Assembly (NCBI GenBank): GCA_010093815.1
Contig: ML996581.1
Length of the DNA stretch: 64,000 nt
Reading direction: 5' to 3' (one strand)
DNA from: Pseudovirgaria hyperparasitica
Taxonomy: Eukaryota
Made by a program: the position numbers and the translations under genes
Shown: positions 1 through 12,550 of the stretch, piece after piece
Layout of the letters: every line of letters begins with the position of its first letter
Position numbering within the stretch: the first letter of the stretch is position 1
The notes under the pieces: generated by a model
What the model saw: only the letters and a program-made list of their open reading frames with translations
Databases searched by the model: none
What the model was told of the DNA's origin: nothing

Positions 1-305
1 CGGGTGATATCACGAACCTGGGGGAGGTGGTAGCACCGGGCCACCACCAGAAGTTGGATTTTGCGATTGTGGTGGTTGCGCAGGTGCAGAAGTACCACTA
101 CGAAAAGATGTGTTAGCTAAATGTATAGGACGTATTGAATCGCTTGCGACGGCTCACGACCTATGCATAGGCGAAGTTGTACTTACTCGTATCTTCCTAT
201 GAATGGTCTTGACGATGGCCCAGATCCTGAATCATTGTTTTGAGGACCTGTTCCAGGAGTCTGATTCTGTCCTGAAGCCCACGGCTCGCGAGATCCTGAA
301 TTCAT
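1..305 (-). CDS. 5' end of a spliced gene running off the window start; Gly/Pro/Gln-rich N-terminus, identity uncertain
   Basis: ATG at 305 (MNSGSREPWASGQNQTPG...). Intron 98-186 has GTAAGT donor, CTAAC branch and TAG acceptor, and splices in frame to DGTSAPAQPPQSQNPTSGGGPVLPPPP. A probable next donor (GTTCGT) starts at 17. Loosely recalls Sin3-type N-termini, but this is not verifiable here. Confidence 0.6.
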
Positions 306-3300
306 TATAGGCAACGCCAGCCGATCGTCCGTTTGATTTATTCGTCTTGTTCGACACCGAAACAGTCGCTCCCAGAATTCGAAGCGCCGTGTTCAAGGGG
401 TGGTATTTGTATAGTAAGGTGTATGCTCGATGAATTAGGGAGGTAGCGGACGGCATGCGCCTTGTAAATGTTCGAAACTTCCTGTTGCAGCGCAAAACGC
501 GGAGCGTGTTTGAGCTGATGGCGCGTTGCTAGGTCTTCGCAGAAGAGAAGGTAGATCAAGCAAGAAAAACGGAGCTTAAGGAAGCCCAGAATCTCTCTTC
601 ACATAGGTAGAGCCGCCGTAGAGGGAGGGGTAAACGTGTAGGTAGACAAGTGGTGATCGTGAGGGAGCTCTGATTGCGCTTTCATGACCAAAGCAGAATC
701 TCGCGCAAGAGCTTCGGAGAAACAATTTTCCATGGGTCCATCACGCAGGGGTACCTGGGCAGTTGAAAGCATGCGTCAGTGGTCTGTGCACACATCATTC
801 AACGCTTTGTACTGAGCAATCCATACATCGAGCATCATTATATTGACCGCAGCTAAGTCTGGATAACCCGTGTTTGACGCGCTTGTCAGCATCACTTCCC
901 TCTACCCTGACTACTTAGAGTCGCACTCTTCACCTATATTTATACCGGAATACTTTGACCATTTTGATGGTCGTCTCACGTATATTCGCCAGTGATGGAG
1001 TATATCCATCAATCATTTGGACATCATAAAGCAGTCTCATGTATTACAAGCATGCAAACAGCGCACTTCTGCGCTATATTCCGACGGATGAACCATAAGA
1101 CGAATGAATGGGCTGCGCGTAGACTGGCGTTTCCATCCCAGACTACTTCTACCAGTGATGATAACTACGGATTCGTGAACGCGAGACCGCTCACTAGATA
1201 AGAACCGGTATTCTCAACCACGATATCGCAGGGCAAGTAAGGCCGCTAAATGATTTGCGTGGCAAGCTCGCTCGCCAGCTACGTATAGCTTCCGAGATTG
1301 TTCTGGACAAGTACGTCCCTCAAGGTTTCCCGTTACGCGATATCAGGATGTGCTGTGATACTCAGTCATTATGCGTAGAGGAGAGATTTGTATTATGTCT
1401 GCGCTCATCCAGTGTAGCAAAGGCTTGTAGAAGATAGATCCAGGGACTGCTCCACTCTGCACATCTTCACTTCGAAATACCAACACCGGTATCAGTCGAT
1501 AGCCAGATGAAACAATATAATCAGAGTGAGATTTGACGAGCAGGTAGAGGCACGCCACATCACAGCATGCCTTTCCAACGACACTAGAGATCGACAACAA
1601 TTTGAGAACCGAGAGTGGGATGCACACCGAACAAGGGTAGTATGGCATCTCAAATAGTTTTCAAGTGAAAAGCATTGCACTTTGAGGGATAGATAGCGAA
1701 GACAGAGCCGAGACGAGAACTGGAGAATACCATTAGTGTAGATTCTGTGAGCAATATCTTCGGCGGCCACTCTATTGGTAATAAATATTCAACGTACCGT
1801 CTCGTGGTGTCGTCTCCGGAAGGGTAGATTGTCAAGTTCACGGTATACAGGCAGGGGATCAATTCAAGTCGCACAAGATCAGACTTCAATGCGTCGCTGT
1901 CTTGGCTCTTGTGGCACGGTGGGGTATAGTATCACGCCCACAGTGGTGCAGGCTGTAGTCATCGCATGGCCATGCCCAGACTCGAAGAGGCTTGTGCCCA
2001 CCTATTGTGCGATACATAGGTTGCGAGAATGTCTGAATCCTTCATGGATATTATGAGCCGCCATGGTCAACGAAGGTATGGAGTCAAAGTCAAAGATATG
2101 CTGTAAATACGTGATAGATTGAACCATCTTGAGATTGAGCGATGAGGGATCTTTTGCGTCCAGCGCCCCTTGTTTTCGAAAAGGCAAGAGGCGCGAGATC
2201 ATCCTGTACCAAAGATTCCGAGGACTTATGGTGGTGTGGAGGCTAGAGTGGCCGAACGGAGTTACCCCACATCCTGGAGCTGATGTTGTGGTTGCAGTAG
2301 TGGCAGGGTTATGTTCGGGTGCATACATCGACGTACATCAGAAAGACGCCCGCTGAATCACCAGGATACCAGAGCACCATAGTTGGCATTCCGCAGAAAC
2401 CCAACCGAAAATTCGGGTTTGATAGCGAAGGTACTCGTGATTCCTGCATGGCTGCATGGCTGCATGAGTGAGATCGAGCTGCTCGTTGTAATAGCCATGG
2501 ACATCCGAAGGTATCTCCGGCTAAAAATGCACTCGAGATAACCAAACCGCTGGGGACATGATGCAGGATGCGACCCGGCCTTCGCAACGCAGCTTGGATA
2601 CGATATCCCGAAGTGGCATTGCATAGTCAACAAGTCTATGATATGTGTCTAAAATACCCGGAGACAGACCGAAGTCCGTGATGCCTGCCACCTAGATCCT
2701 AAGGGCTTAGGGATATTAGCACATGAGAAACGAAAACCGTTCACCAGTGCTTGGCAAGAATGAGGTCGGATGATGATGGCTGCCCACATTCATCCACGAA
2801 CAACGAATGGGAACGAAGCCAGGACTGCGGCGTTTCCCCATGATCGGCCGTTAAATATGCAGGATGAAACAGCATGGAAGTAAGCGAGCCAACTGTGCAG
2901 TTCAGCAGCCCGCACGAAATTTGACGTGCTGGTGACCCAAGAAGCAAGACAAGCCTCGCTGAAGAGGGGCGGGGAGTGTGGAAGAAGTTCACCAACTACG
3001 GCAAACGCTCGATTCGGAGAACTAGCATACACGTAGTATTCGAAGTGCATCCACAATATGGTCGGTAAGGGTACGGTGTCATGGCTGCAGGAAGACTACG
3101 AACTGCCATCCATAGAATCTCACCTGACGTGTGAGTGGACGTAAGGACAAGCTAGCGGAGAGCGGAAACAACACGAAGCATATCTGGGAGGCTGTGAGAG
3201 GCTACACCACGGCTGGTTAAGAAAGACTAAGAGAATTGAATCGAGTCTCACATTGTGTTGACGTGATCCATCGTCGAGTCCATCTTCCATCCACGGGGTG

Positions 3301-3964
3301 GCAGCCAAAGGTTGTGGCTGTGATGATATCTATTGGTGTGGGGATTATTGGGACTTACAATTGACCCTAGGGTAAGGACATACCAGGAGACTAGGCAAAT
3401 ATAGGTTAGAGGCAACATTAGCTGGATGCAGAGGTGGAGGACAAGGACCCAGTCACCCAGGACCCCTCACTTTCCCTTACGGACGCCAGTGCCAAAGCGG
3501 ACTCAGTGCTTAGGTACGCCGTTTCTCAGAGGAACCACACACACACACACACTTACCTACCTATACTTCGTCTAACTTTCTCCTGTGCTTCGTCTGCCGT
3601 GAACTTTTCTTTACTATACTTCGATATCTTCTATTCACGTCTGTCCAACTACGCGTCTCGGTCCAGCTCCTGTCCAATTACGTCTTCGCTATCTTTCACG
3701 ATGCGCGTCTGACTGGTCTTGTTAAACATCTCAACCCGGCCGTCCTTGAGCGAATGCCACCACGCGTCGTGACCTCGATCGGCCCTCTTACGCTCGAGTT
3801 CTCGCCCGCGAATCTCGTCTTGCTTGCAAACAAGAGCAGTGTCCATGATGGTCCCGCACCCAACTGCCGCATAATCCGCCATCTGCCTCCCCCCGGCTGG
3901 GCGGACCACGACAACAAAGGAACTATAGTCATAAGAGAAAGAGATTCTGATTCCTTCTGTCATA

Positions 3965-6900
3965 ATGTCAGAGGAAGTTCCCAAACCTATGGCTCCTCCA
4001 GCTGTTACAGCCCTGCGAGAGGCTGCAGCTGGTGAGCGTCATCTTGGACCACGCATACCGATGGAAAGGTCGGTCAGCCAAGATATTCGAGAGGAACGAC
4101 AAGACCTGAAAGAGGCCGCTGAACACAGCCTTAATGTGCTCATGGACTTGGATCTCGATGGCAATGTTCGATGGGTTAGTCTGAGCTGGGAAGAAGTCAT
4201 AGGAACATCGCCGGATACTGTAAAGGGAAAGCCTATCTCGGACATCCTGGTGGGCAATAAGACCGCATTCGCTGATGCTGTGGATTCAATGAAGAAAGAT
4301 GACTCTCGAAGTCATATCATTCGCTTTACAATGCAGATGGGGCCTTCTTCGGTCCTCAGACCAGATCCCAAGTCTCCAACGTCGCCAACTAGCGTTGATC
4401 CAGCAACCTCTGAACACGAGGAGACAGAGTACCTGAACCTAGAAGCACAGGGGATTATGGTTTACGACTCGACGACAGGAAATGAAAGTCATGTGAGTTT
4501 TCACTAAGTGGTGCTCGTGATCTAGGGACTTTGCTAACAGCGGAAGACTATGTGGATGATCAGGCCCTCCGTCGTTCGCGAAGTGACGATCGATCTACCC
4601 GAAATACTGGTGGAGTCCTTAGGAATAGGCGCAGAGATGCTAGCTCATTATCTGACGGGCCTGGCAGAGGCGGGCCCGACCAATTCGGGGGAGCATGCCC
4701 CTCCATTGCCTGTCTTATGTCGAATCTGTGAACGCCAAATTACTCCGTGGTGGTTCGAGAAGCATACCGAACTCTGTCTCCAGGAACATAAGGCCGAGAT
4801 GGATGTTCAAATGGCACAAGAGAATCTTTCAGAACATCGCAATGCCATTGTCAGAGTCTTGGATGCGTTGGAAACCAGTCACCAACAAGTCACAGCTGCG
4901 TCAACGGAAAGCTCAGGGACTTTATCCACGGTCCCAGAGTACAAGGGCTTGCCTATACAGCCGTCGTCAACACCTTCATCTGGTACTGTGTCCGGACGCG
5001 CGTCTCCCGCCTCGCCTCCATCTCGATCTCAGGACAGGTCTACCGGATTTGGACATCACCGAGCACGGTCCTTTGCAGTCCGGAGGCCTATCGCCAGGAT
5101 AGTGGAGCTTGTGCTCGACCTATGCGACACTGCAATTGAAATCAACACACCAGCCATCAAAGACAATCGTGGTACCTCGAATGAGCTACGTACCCAATCA
5201 CCACAGTCAGAGAACCGTATCTCGCAAGTATTGCAATGGCAGTCACCCAATACAGGCTCTTTAGAGCAAGGTCTCGCTCTTCTATGTGAAGACACTTCAA
5301 AGCTCGCTCGAGCTAAAGTTGACAGTGTGTACCGTCATCGTCGAATTCTCGAATATTCGGAGAGAATAAGGTGTGAGTTTGACGTACTTGTGCATGAATG
5401 CATCGAGGCCGCGATGCACAAAGCTGCCAAAATTGCTGCGGGAGAAGATAGCGAATCTTCTGAAGAGTCTGCTTCACAGGTAGACGAAGACGAAGACGAA
5501 GATGAGCCGTCTGGATCCTTGCTGGCTGCACCTGAAGAGAATGTTCCGGATGGTGGTATATTTCCAGGATCGTTCGATGCCCCTTCTTCTATGGCGCAGG
5601 CGTTGCGCAAAGCCTCTGATGCTCTAGCTGCAAACCCCGAACGTAGAGCACCTTCAACCACAGCCTCTACCAGATCAAGTAGTCCACATGGTAGCCAAAC
5701 GCCTCGATCGCATGCCGGTACAACGGGTTTCGTCTCACAGACTAAGCGAGCATCCATGCAGTTTGAAAGTGATGCGGGTGCGGATAGTGACGCCAGCGTC
5801 AGGTCATCAGCCAAGTCTGCAGCTAGAAGAGGTGACTCTCCTGGTTCCGAATTGAACCTCAGTCGCGTTGCAAGCTCTCGCGAACGCAAGAGAAAGAGTT
5901 TGGTCCTTCCAAGTGTAATGTCAAGCCGGCAACAGTCTCCCGCGAGAAGCATGGGTCCACCATCTTCCCCTCTAAGGACGAAGCCACGCATACCTAGTGG
6001 AGCAGAGCCTTTCCACTCCCCTATAACATCCCCTGTTCTGTCCAACAGTGACTTCTCTTCACCGGCCATTGCTCCGCAGCACAATCATCATCATCATCAG
6101 CAGCACCACCGACGTCAGTCATCGGCTGCTGGTTCCGACATTCTGCGACCTTTGTCACCGCGTATGGTGCCAACTAGCAATCCCCAGCCTCGTGCTGTAG
6201 CTCCCTCTATCAGGGATTTTGAGATTATCAAACCTATTAGCAAAGGCGCATTCGGGAGTGTCTACTTGGCAAAAAAGAAGTCGACCGGAGATTACTTTGC
6301 AATCAAGGTTCTCAAAAAGAACGACATGGTGGCCAAGAATCAAGTCACCAATGTAAAAGCTGAGCGCGCAATCATGATGTGGCAAGGTGAAAGCGACTTC
6401 GTAGCGAAGCTTTATTGGACGTTTTCAAGCAAAGACTTCCTGTACCTCGTCATGGAGTATCTGAACGGAGGTGACTGCGCATCGCTTATCAAAGTTCTAG
6501 GAGCTCTGCCGGAAGATTGGGCGAAGAAGTATCTTGCAGAAGTTGTCATGGGAGTGGAACATCTCCATAGTCGCAACATCGTCCATCGTGACCTGAAACC
6601 CGATAACCTTCTCATCGATCAAAAGGGTCATTTGAAGTTGACAGATTTTGGACTGTCACGAATGGGTTTGATTGGGCGCCAAAAGAATGCACTGAATAGA
6701 AAGTCAGATGAAGCAGCTGTGCCTGATCTCCTCAAACAGGGTCCCTTTCAACGCGCTAAATCGATTGGATCATCGCGTTCGGCCTCGTTCGACTTTCAAG
6801 GCAATAATGCCTCTCCATCTGCCACACCAAGCTTGACACCGGCCCTTACGGGTGACATCGGTCAGCCATCGTACTTCAATCTCAATCGTGATAGTTCCCA

Positions 6901-9868
6901 CAACCGCGAAGCCAGGAGAACGTCAGGCAATCGGAGTGATAGTGGCGATACTGATGTACTGCAGGCCATGTTTCGTCGCTTCTCTCTCGTAGAAGAGCAG
7001 CAAGCCAATCGTAAATCACCCATCGAAGAAGAGAATCCCAGCGAAGACAGTGGCTCCCCAGATCCCTATACACTGCATCCCATACTGAGCCAATCGAGCG
7101 CCGCGCAAAACATGACACCTCCTCAAGTGTCAACCATGCTACCCCCGCCAACTACCTTGTTTGATCCTGAAGACAAGAACCGGCGATTCGTTGGTACACC
7201 CGACTATTTGGCCCCTGAGACCATTGAAGGTGATGGTCAAGGAGAAGTAAGTGATTGGTGGTCCTTGGGATGCATCTTGTTCGAGTCCTTGTATGGTTAC
7301 CCTCCTTTTCATGCCGATACACCCGAGGAAGTGTTCCAAAATATATTGGACCGCAAGATCGACTGGCCAGACGAGGAGAACGATATGGTATCAGACGAAG
7401 CAAAGGATCTGATGAACCGGCTCATGTGCGTGGACCCGAACAAACGCCTTGGTGCCAATGCCGAGGAGAGGTACTCCTGTGGCGGGGAGGAAATCAGAAA
7501 TCATCCGTGGTTCAGCGACATCAATTGGGAGACTTTACGTGAGGATGAAGCATCCTTTGTTCCTGCTCCTGAAAATCCAGAAGACACCGAATACTTCGAT
7601 GCACGAGGTGCTACGTTATCCAGTTTTGCTCCGGAGTTCGAAGATCAGCAGTCGTCCTCCAACACCAATACCCCCGGAGCAGACTATCCTGATCGACCAC
7701 ATGATGCACTTTCAAGGATTAGATCACAAGTCAATGTCAACACTATGAAAAGGGGTCTCATTCCGCTGCATATACCTCCGCACGTTAGAGAGGGAAGAGG
7801 TCGCCGACTTAGTGAACCAATGGCACAGGACGACTTTGGAAGCTTCAACTATAAAAATTTGCCCGTACTCGAGAAAGCCAACAAGGACGTTATACAAAAA
7901 CTTCGAGCAGAGGCAAAGCAATCACAAAGCAAGCCACCTTCTACACTTACATCACCAGGTGTAAGTTCGCCGACGCCTTCGCTCGAGTCTAGCCCAATGT
8001 TACCAATGCCGCTCAAGCGCACGATGTCCACGAGCAAGAGCGGCCAAAATGCGAACCGACCGGCGTCGCCTTCGGTAAGCCAAGCGAACTCTTCGCCAAG
8101 TCGAACGTCTCAACCTTCGTCACCTTTGTTAGTACAATTCAGCACAGGCCAAAATCATGAGCGACGAAAGACTTCGAGCGGCTCCTCTTCACTCTCTCAT
8201 CAGCAGCCGTCGCTGCAACCAGGTAGCTTCTTTGATCAGAGTCGTCTTCCACCCGGTCTCAAGACTAGTTCTAGCGTGTCGTCACCGGTCAAGATTGCCA
8301 AGACTCCCGGAGCAATGCCAGGCCTTCACACTGAGAAGACGTTCCCCGGTCAACGGCACTCTTCAGGTTCTGGTAGCTCACTAACATCCCCAAGAGCTCG
8401 ATCTCAGACTGTTGGTTCTCAAGAGAGCGAAGCATCCAAGGACTCACTACCAAGTCATCACAAAAGGAGGAGTCAAGTCATGGATGTGTCGCCATCTTCA
8501 TCTGATAATGAGGATCAAAGGGCCAAGGCACTTCTACGAGTCCAAAGGCGAAGGCAAAGCTCACGCAGGCTTTCACAAATCAACATAACCGATGGCCCAT
8601 TTTTTAGACCACTAGATGTATTGGTATGCGAAGACCATCCCGTCTCGCGCTTAGTCATGGAAAAGTTGCTGGAGAAATTACGATGTCGTACAATAACAGT
8701 ACAGGATGGCTCCGAAGCCGTGCGGTATGCTATGAGCGAAGTCAAGTTCGATATTATCATGATGGAATTCAAACTTCCCCAGATCAACGGTGCCGACGTT
8801 GCACGGATGATTAGAGACACCAAGAATGCCAATTGTCATACCCCCATCGTAGCTGTCACAGGCTACTTGAAAGACCTACAAGCGCCACATCATTTCGATG
8901 CTCTGATTGAGAAGCCGCCTACTATCGCAAATCTCACAGAAGTCTTGGGTCGACTTTGTCAATGGAAACCTCCACCGCCCAATTGGACACCAACAGCATA
9001 CTCAGCCCTTGCTCCGTCCAGTCTACGCATGGAATCGTCCCGCTTGGGCGATAGTCCTACGTCTAATACATCAAGCTTTCCTCAAATGCCTTCTGGTAGC
9101 TATCGTGGATCTAGTCGGGAGGATTCCATCAGCTCAAGCTTTTTCGGAGACGGTGAAAGTATGAATGACCTACCTATCGTCATCAGTCGATCGGCAACAG
9201 AGGACTGGCGTGACAGAGACCTGAGCACCGCACTTGGTGGTCTTGGTATTACAGAGGAGGCCATTGTAACATCAGATATGAAGTTACCACCACGAACCGA
9301 AGAGAGGAGCCTGGCTCTGGACCATCAGAATTCAGCTCCCGCGGTGTTGCAACATCCTACACCCAAGGAACACCGCTCAGGCGAGCAGAGCACCAAGATT
9401 CGAGTACAAGAGAACAGGCGAAACGAAGCAGCAGATATGGGAGATGACGAAGATGAGGAGCTTGGTGATGCACAGGTGCGCGCCAAAAGTCCCAGGACTC
9501 GGCCTAAAGCTTCGTCGAAACTTGGAACCGAGATGATGCGGACCAACAGCCACGGTAGCGTCATTTCTGTAGAAGAGATCAAGGATACTGTCGACGTACC
9601 ATCTTCAATACCGCCATGTATCACCGAGGAGATCAACCCACTCGAGACAAGCAAGACTCCCAAACAGCAAGTCTCAATGACACCCCCTGAGATATTCCCA
9701 CCTCGGCCAGGAGACAATGTACAGATCATCGATATGGATGCCACGCCCAAGGCAGTGCAGACTGATTTGTTGGAAATATCCCCTATGCCTACACCAAAAG
9801 CCTCGGCACTCAATGCCAGCGTCGAACGTTCTGACAAGTCATCGGGCTCGCCAAGTGAGCGAAAATAG
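3965..9868 (+). CDS. RIM15: Rim15/Cek1 (Greatwall-like) Ser/Thr kinase with PAS, C2HC zinc finger, split kinase domain and C-terminal receiver domain
   Basis: Exon 3965-4492, intron 4493-4546 (GTGAGT..CTAAC..AAG), exon 4547-9868. Motifs: CRICERQ..EKHTELC, ISKGAFGSV, HRDLKPDN, DFG followed by a long insert before FVGTPDYLAPE, and receiver domain VLVCEDHPVSR..DIIMMEFKLP. Confidence 0.95.
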
Positions 9869-10530
9869 AAAATCTGTCTGAGTCTGACTACCTTGGCTCC
9901 GTAGCCCAACCCAGTCTTACTACTTTCCCTTTGTCCGCCTTCTCTTTGTGATTAATTTCCTGCAACTTATTGAGCTTTGAGCAAGGTGTTGGCGGAGTTC
10001 CTGTTGCCATTGTGTATAAGCATTTTCACTGGCGTTACCCAATGTTCACAAAGACAGGCATTCCTGCCACTACTACTTTCCTTCAGTTTGGGGACCTCGC
10101 CACGAATCAGCGGAACATTCATCTTTTCTCAATCATATTGTTGTGTCGTTTGGGGACCTGATCAGTCCTTGGCCCGTGGGCCCTTTGAGCAGATCACAAC
10201 CCAATTGTTTTTTTTTGATCCTTGTCCTCAGTTGGCGTGCGCATTTCGCCGCTTTGTCAAGGAACACATACCTCGACAGCCTACGTACCTACAGTGGTGA
10301 CCCATCGTTTCGATTGCTTGCTCGTATATAATTTATTAACAACAATCACAAAATTGAGAACTCACCCTCCCCGCCTCCATGAATGGTGTATGTGCATGTG
10401 TGTGTGTGTGTATTGAATCTTGTCTGTGTGGTGTTTTGAGGCCTGTGCGTATCCTGCTCACGGCTTGAGGATGTATGTGTTCAGGAAACATCCGCAGAAT
10501 ATAATTATCAGGCTTTGATATGTGCGTGTG

Positions 10531-10585
10531 TGTATTGTATTGTATTGTATTGTATTGTATTGTATTGTATTGTATTGTATTGTAT
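10531..10585. repeat. (TGTAT)11 pentanucleotide microsatellite
   Basis: Perfect tandem TGTAT units read directly from the sequence. Confidence 0.95.
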
Positions 10586-11009
10586 GTATGTGGATGTGAT
10601 ATATATGCTGAACACATGAAAAAGTAAAATAAACCAGGCGGCTATGTAAGGGGCAGCAGACTTGCATGATCAAGGAGCTGATATTGGTATCAAAGTCGAA
10701 CTCATATATGTGGACAGGAGTCCGAATATTCATGCTATCGTGTAACATTACTGTTTGTAGATAACGTGTGTTGACCTTCGTATTAGCACTCAAAGCAAAC
10801 CTCTAATACGGATTAGTTTAGGGACACTTTGCTGCCTGAGATATGCCTAAACTGTCCCCAGACTAATATTCCCTTACTGGATGTATGTATACGGTTCATG
10901 AAGCACGCATACTCGTAGCAGGCCTATTCCAAAGGAATCATAAAAAGATGCAATGTTTTGTCTAGCGCCCGCTAGCGCCCTCACCAAAATCACGTCTGAA
11001 AATTCACCT

Positions 11010-11240
11010 TTTGCCACATATTAAATTAACCACGCCCTTAATTAAAAATTTAACCGATAATTCTGTGGAGAACAAAACGCCGTGTAATTCTATATACTTT
11101 TTACTATCTATAGCCGCGTCGTCGCGGACGAGTAGGGTTTATAAGCCTCTGGTGTCGTTTGGTGGTAGGTTTAAAAATTCGACTTTACCGTGGATTTTCC
11201 GGCGTGCCTTAGTGCCTTAAATTCAAGACTGCACGCAGTC
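11010..11240. mobile_element. Possible short RIP-mutated repeat or transposon-end relic
   Basis: Local AT and TpA enrichment (ttaaattaac, attaaaaattta, tatatactttttactatctata) with few CpA/TpG but retained CpG. No coding homology recognised. Confidence 0.3.
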
Positions 11241-12550
11241 TGCCGGCCGCAGGCCACCCTAGTTCCATATAATCATATCTCCTAACAACGACGAGACCTA
11301 CTCCTCTTCCATCGATCAAATGTATTTTCACGGGCGCTGGTTTAGTCCAGATGGATCATCTGGATGTATATAAACCAAACAACTACTACATGCAACCGTG
11401 CGTGCTCTTATCTTTCACCCGTTCCCGGCGATCCACGGAGTCGGGGCGGGATAATAACCAACCATCTTAGCTCCGGCGGCGGCAACGGGAGGAAGACACG
11501 AAACAACAAGTGTAGATAGATAGAACAGATGTATTTACTGCTGTGGATAAATGATCCATAAAAGACGAAACCGTGTCATAGACGTCAACATACCGCAGTA
11601 CGATCAAAGCGGATATTATATTTGGGGACCGCCGTGTTGTGCCGGTCACGTGCATCCAGGGGGCTGAATCGGCGTGTATATCAGCCCGAGCCGCGTCTGC
11701 TGGATGGATTAGATGGTTTCAGGCGGATGGGCAGGCATGGCACTGGTCGATATGCCATGGATGTGGAGCAAGCGACTCGGCTGTCCCTGCGCAGCTGTTC
11801 TTGTTCCTCTTTTCAGGGCTTTTTTTCGCGAAAGAGTCCAGACCCAACGCCTCAATGCCCCACACACACACACAAACACACACACGCCGCTTGATCTCTT
11901 CCATCTCACCACTCATTGCTACACACTGCGGGTGCATAGCTGCTCCGCCCGGCGGTGTATTAGGGCGCTGGCTCACTCGCTTTACGGCCGTCGTCGCTAG
12001 CTAGGGGCAGCCAGGCATGTAAGGATGGATTTCGTATGACTCGCTATGGTATGGCGTACTTGATACACGAGATCCCTCGACGGGATGATGCATGGCCGCC
12101 CGCCGAACATGAGTGTGAATGAGTGAGGGCTGGAAAGTCGGAGACGGGGGGGCTATAGTACGCTCCTCCGTGTGTTTCTGGGTTTGAGTGTAATCCGTCC
12201 GTGTGTGTGTGTGGCGCCTGGCTGCCTGGGTGTTTTTTGTCCGGGTGTGTAGATGTACATGTGTATGTATATATATATATATATCAGATGCCGGGGCTCG
12301 TGGCGTGAAGATGTTATGTGTCGGACTATCCATGATATTTGAGTATTCTTAGCGCTTTTCACATACACGCACGCACGCACGCACGCACGCACAAAAACAC
12401 GCAGGACTGTGGCGTGGTTTGGGGCTTTGTCTGGACTTGAGTTGGCTTGTTCGCACATTGACTTGTTGACTTTTTGTCTTTTGTTTTTTGCGTCGTTGAT
12501 CTTGGACAGTCAGTCAGTCAGTCAAACAGACAGGCAGACAGACAGACATC

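Noticed and set aside
990..3310. Cluster of 60-110 aa ORFs between the first gene and RIM15
   Set aside because: No recognisable motifs, no consistent splice pattern and no clear codon bias. They could hide a decayed gene, but I cannot support a call.
5335..6084. 249-aa antisense ORF inside RIM15, and similar ones at 9325-9909 and 15720-16592
   Set aside because: These are shadow ORFs opposite Ser/Pro-rich coding sequence and have no domain features.
10336..10793. ORFs with IQYNT repeats
   Set aside because: They are translations of the (TGTAT)n microsatellite.
12267..12548. (TA)n, (GCAC)n and (CAGT/CAGA)n runs upstream of the MFS gene as a CRISPR-like or regulatory array
   Set aside because: These are ordinary simple-sequence repeats with no repeat-spacer structure, in a eukaryotic context.
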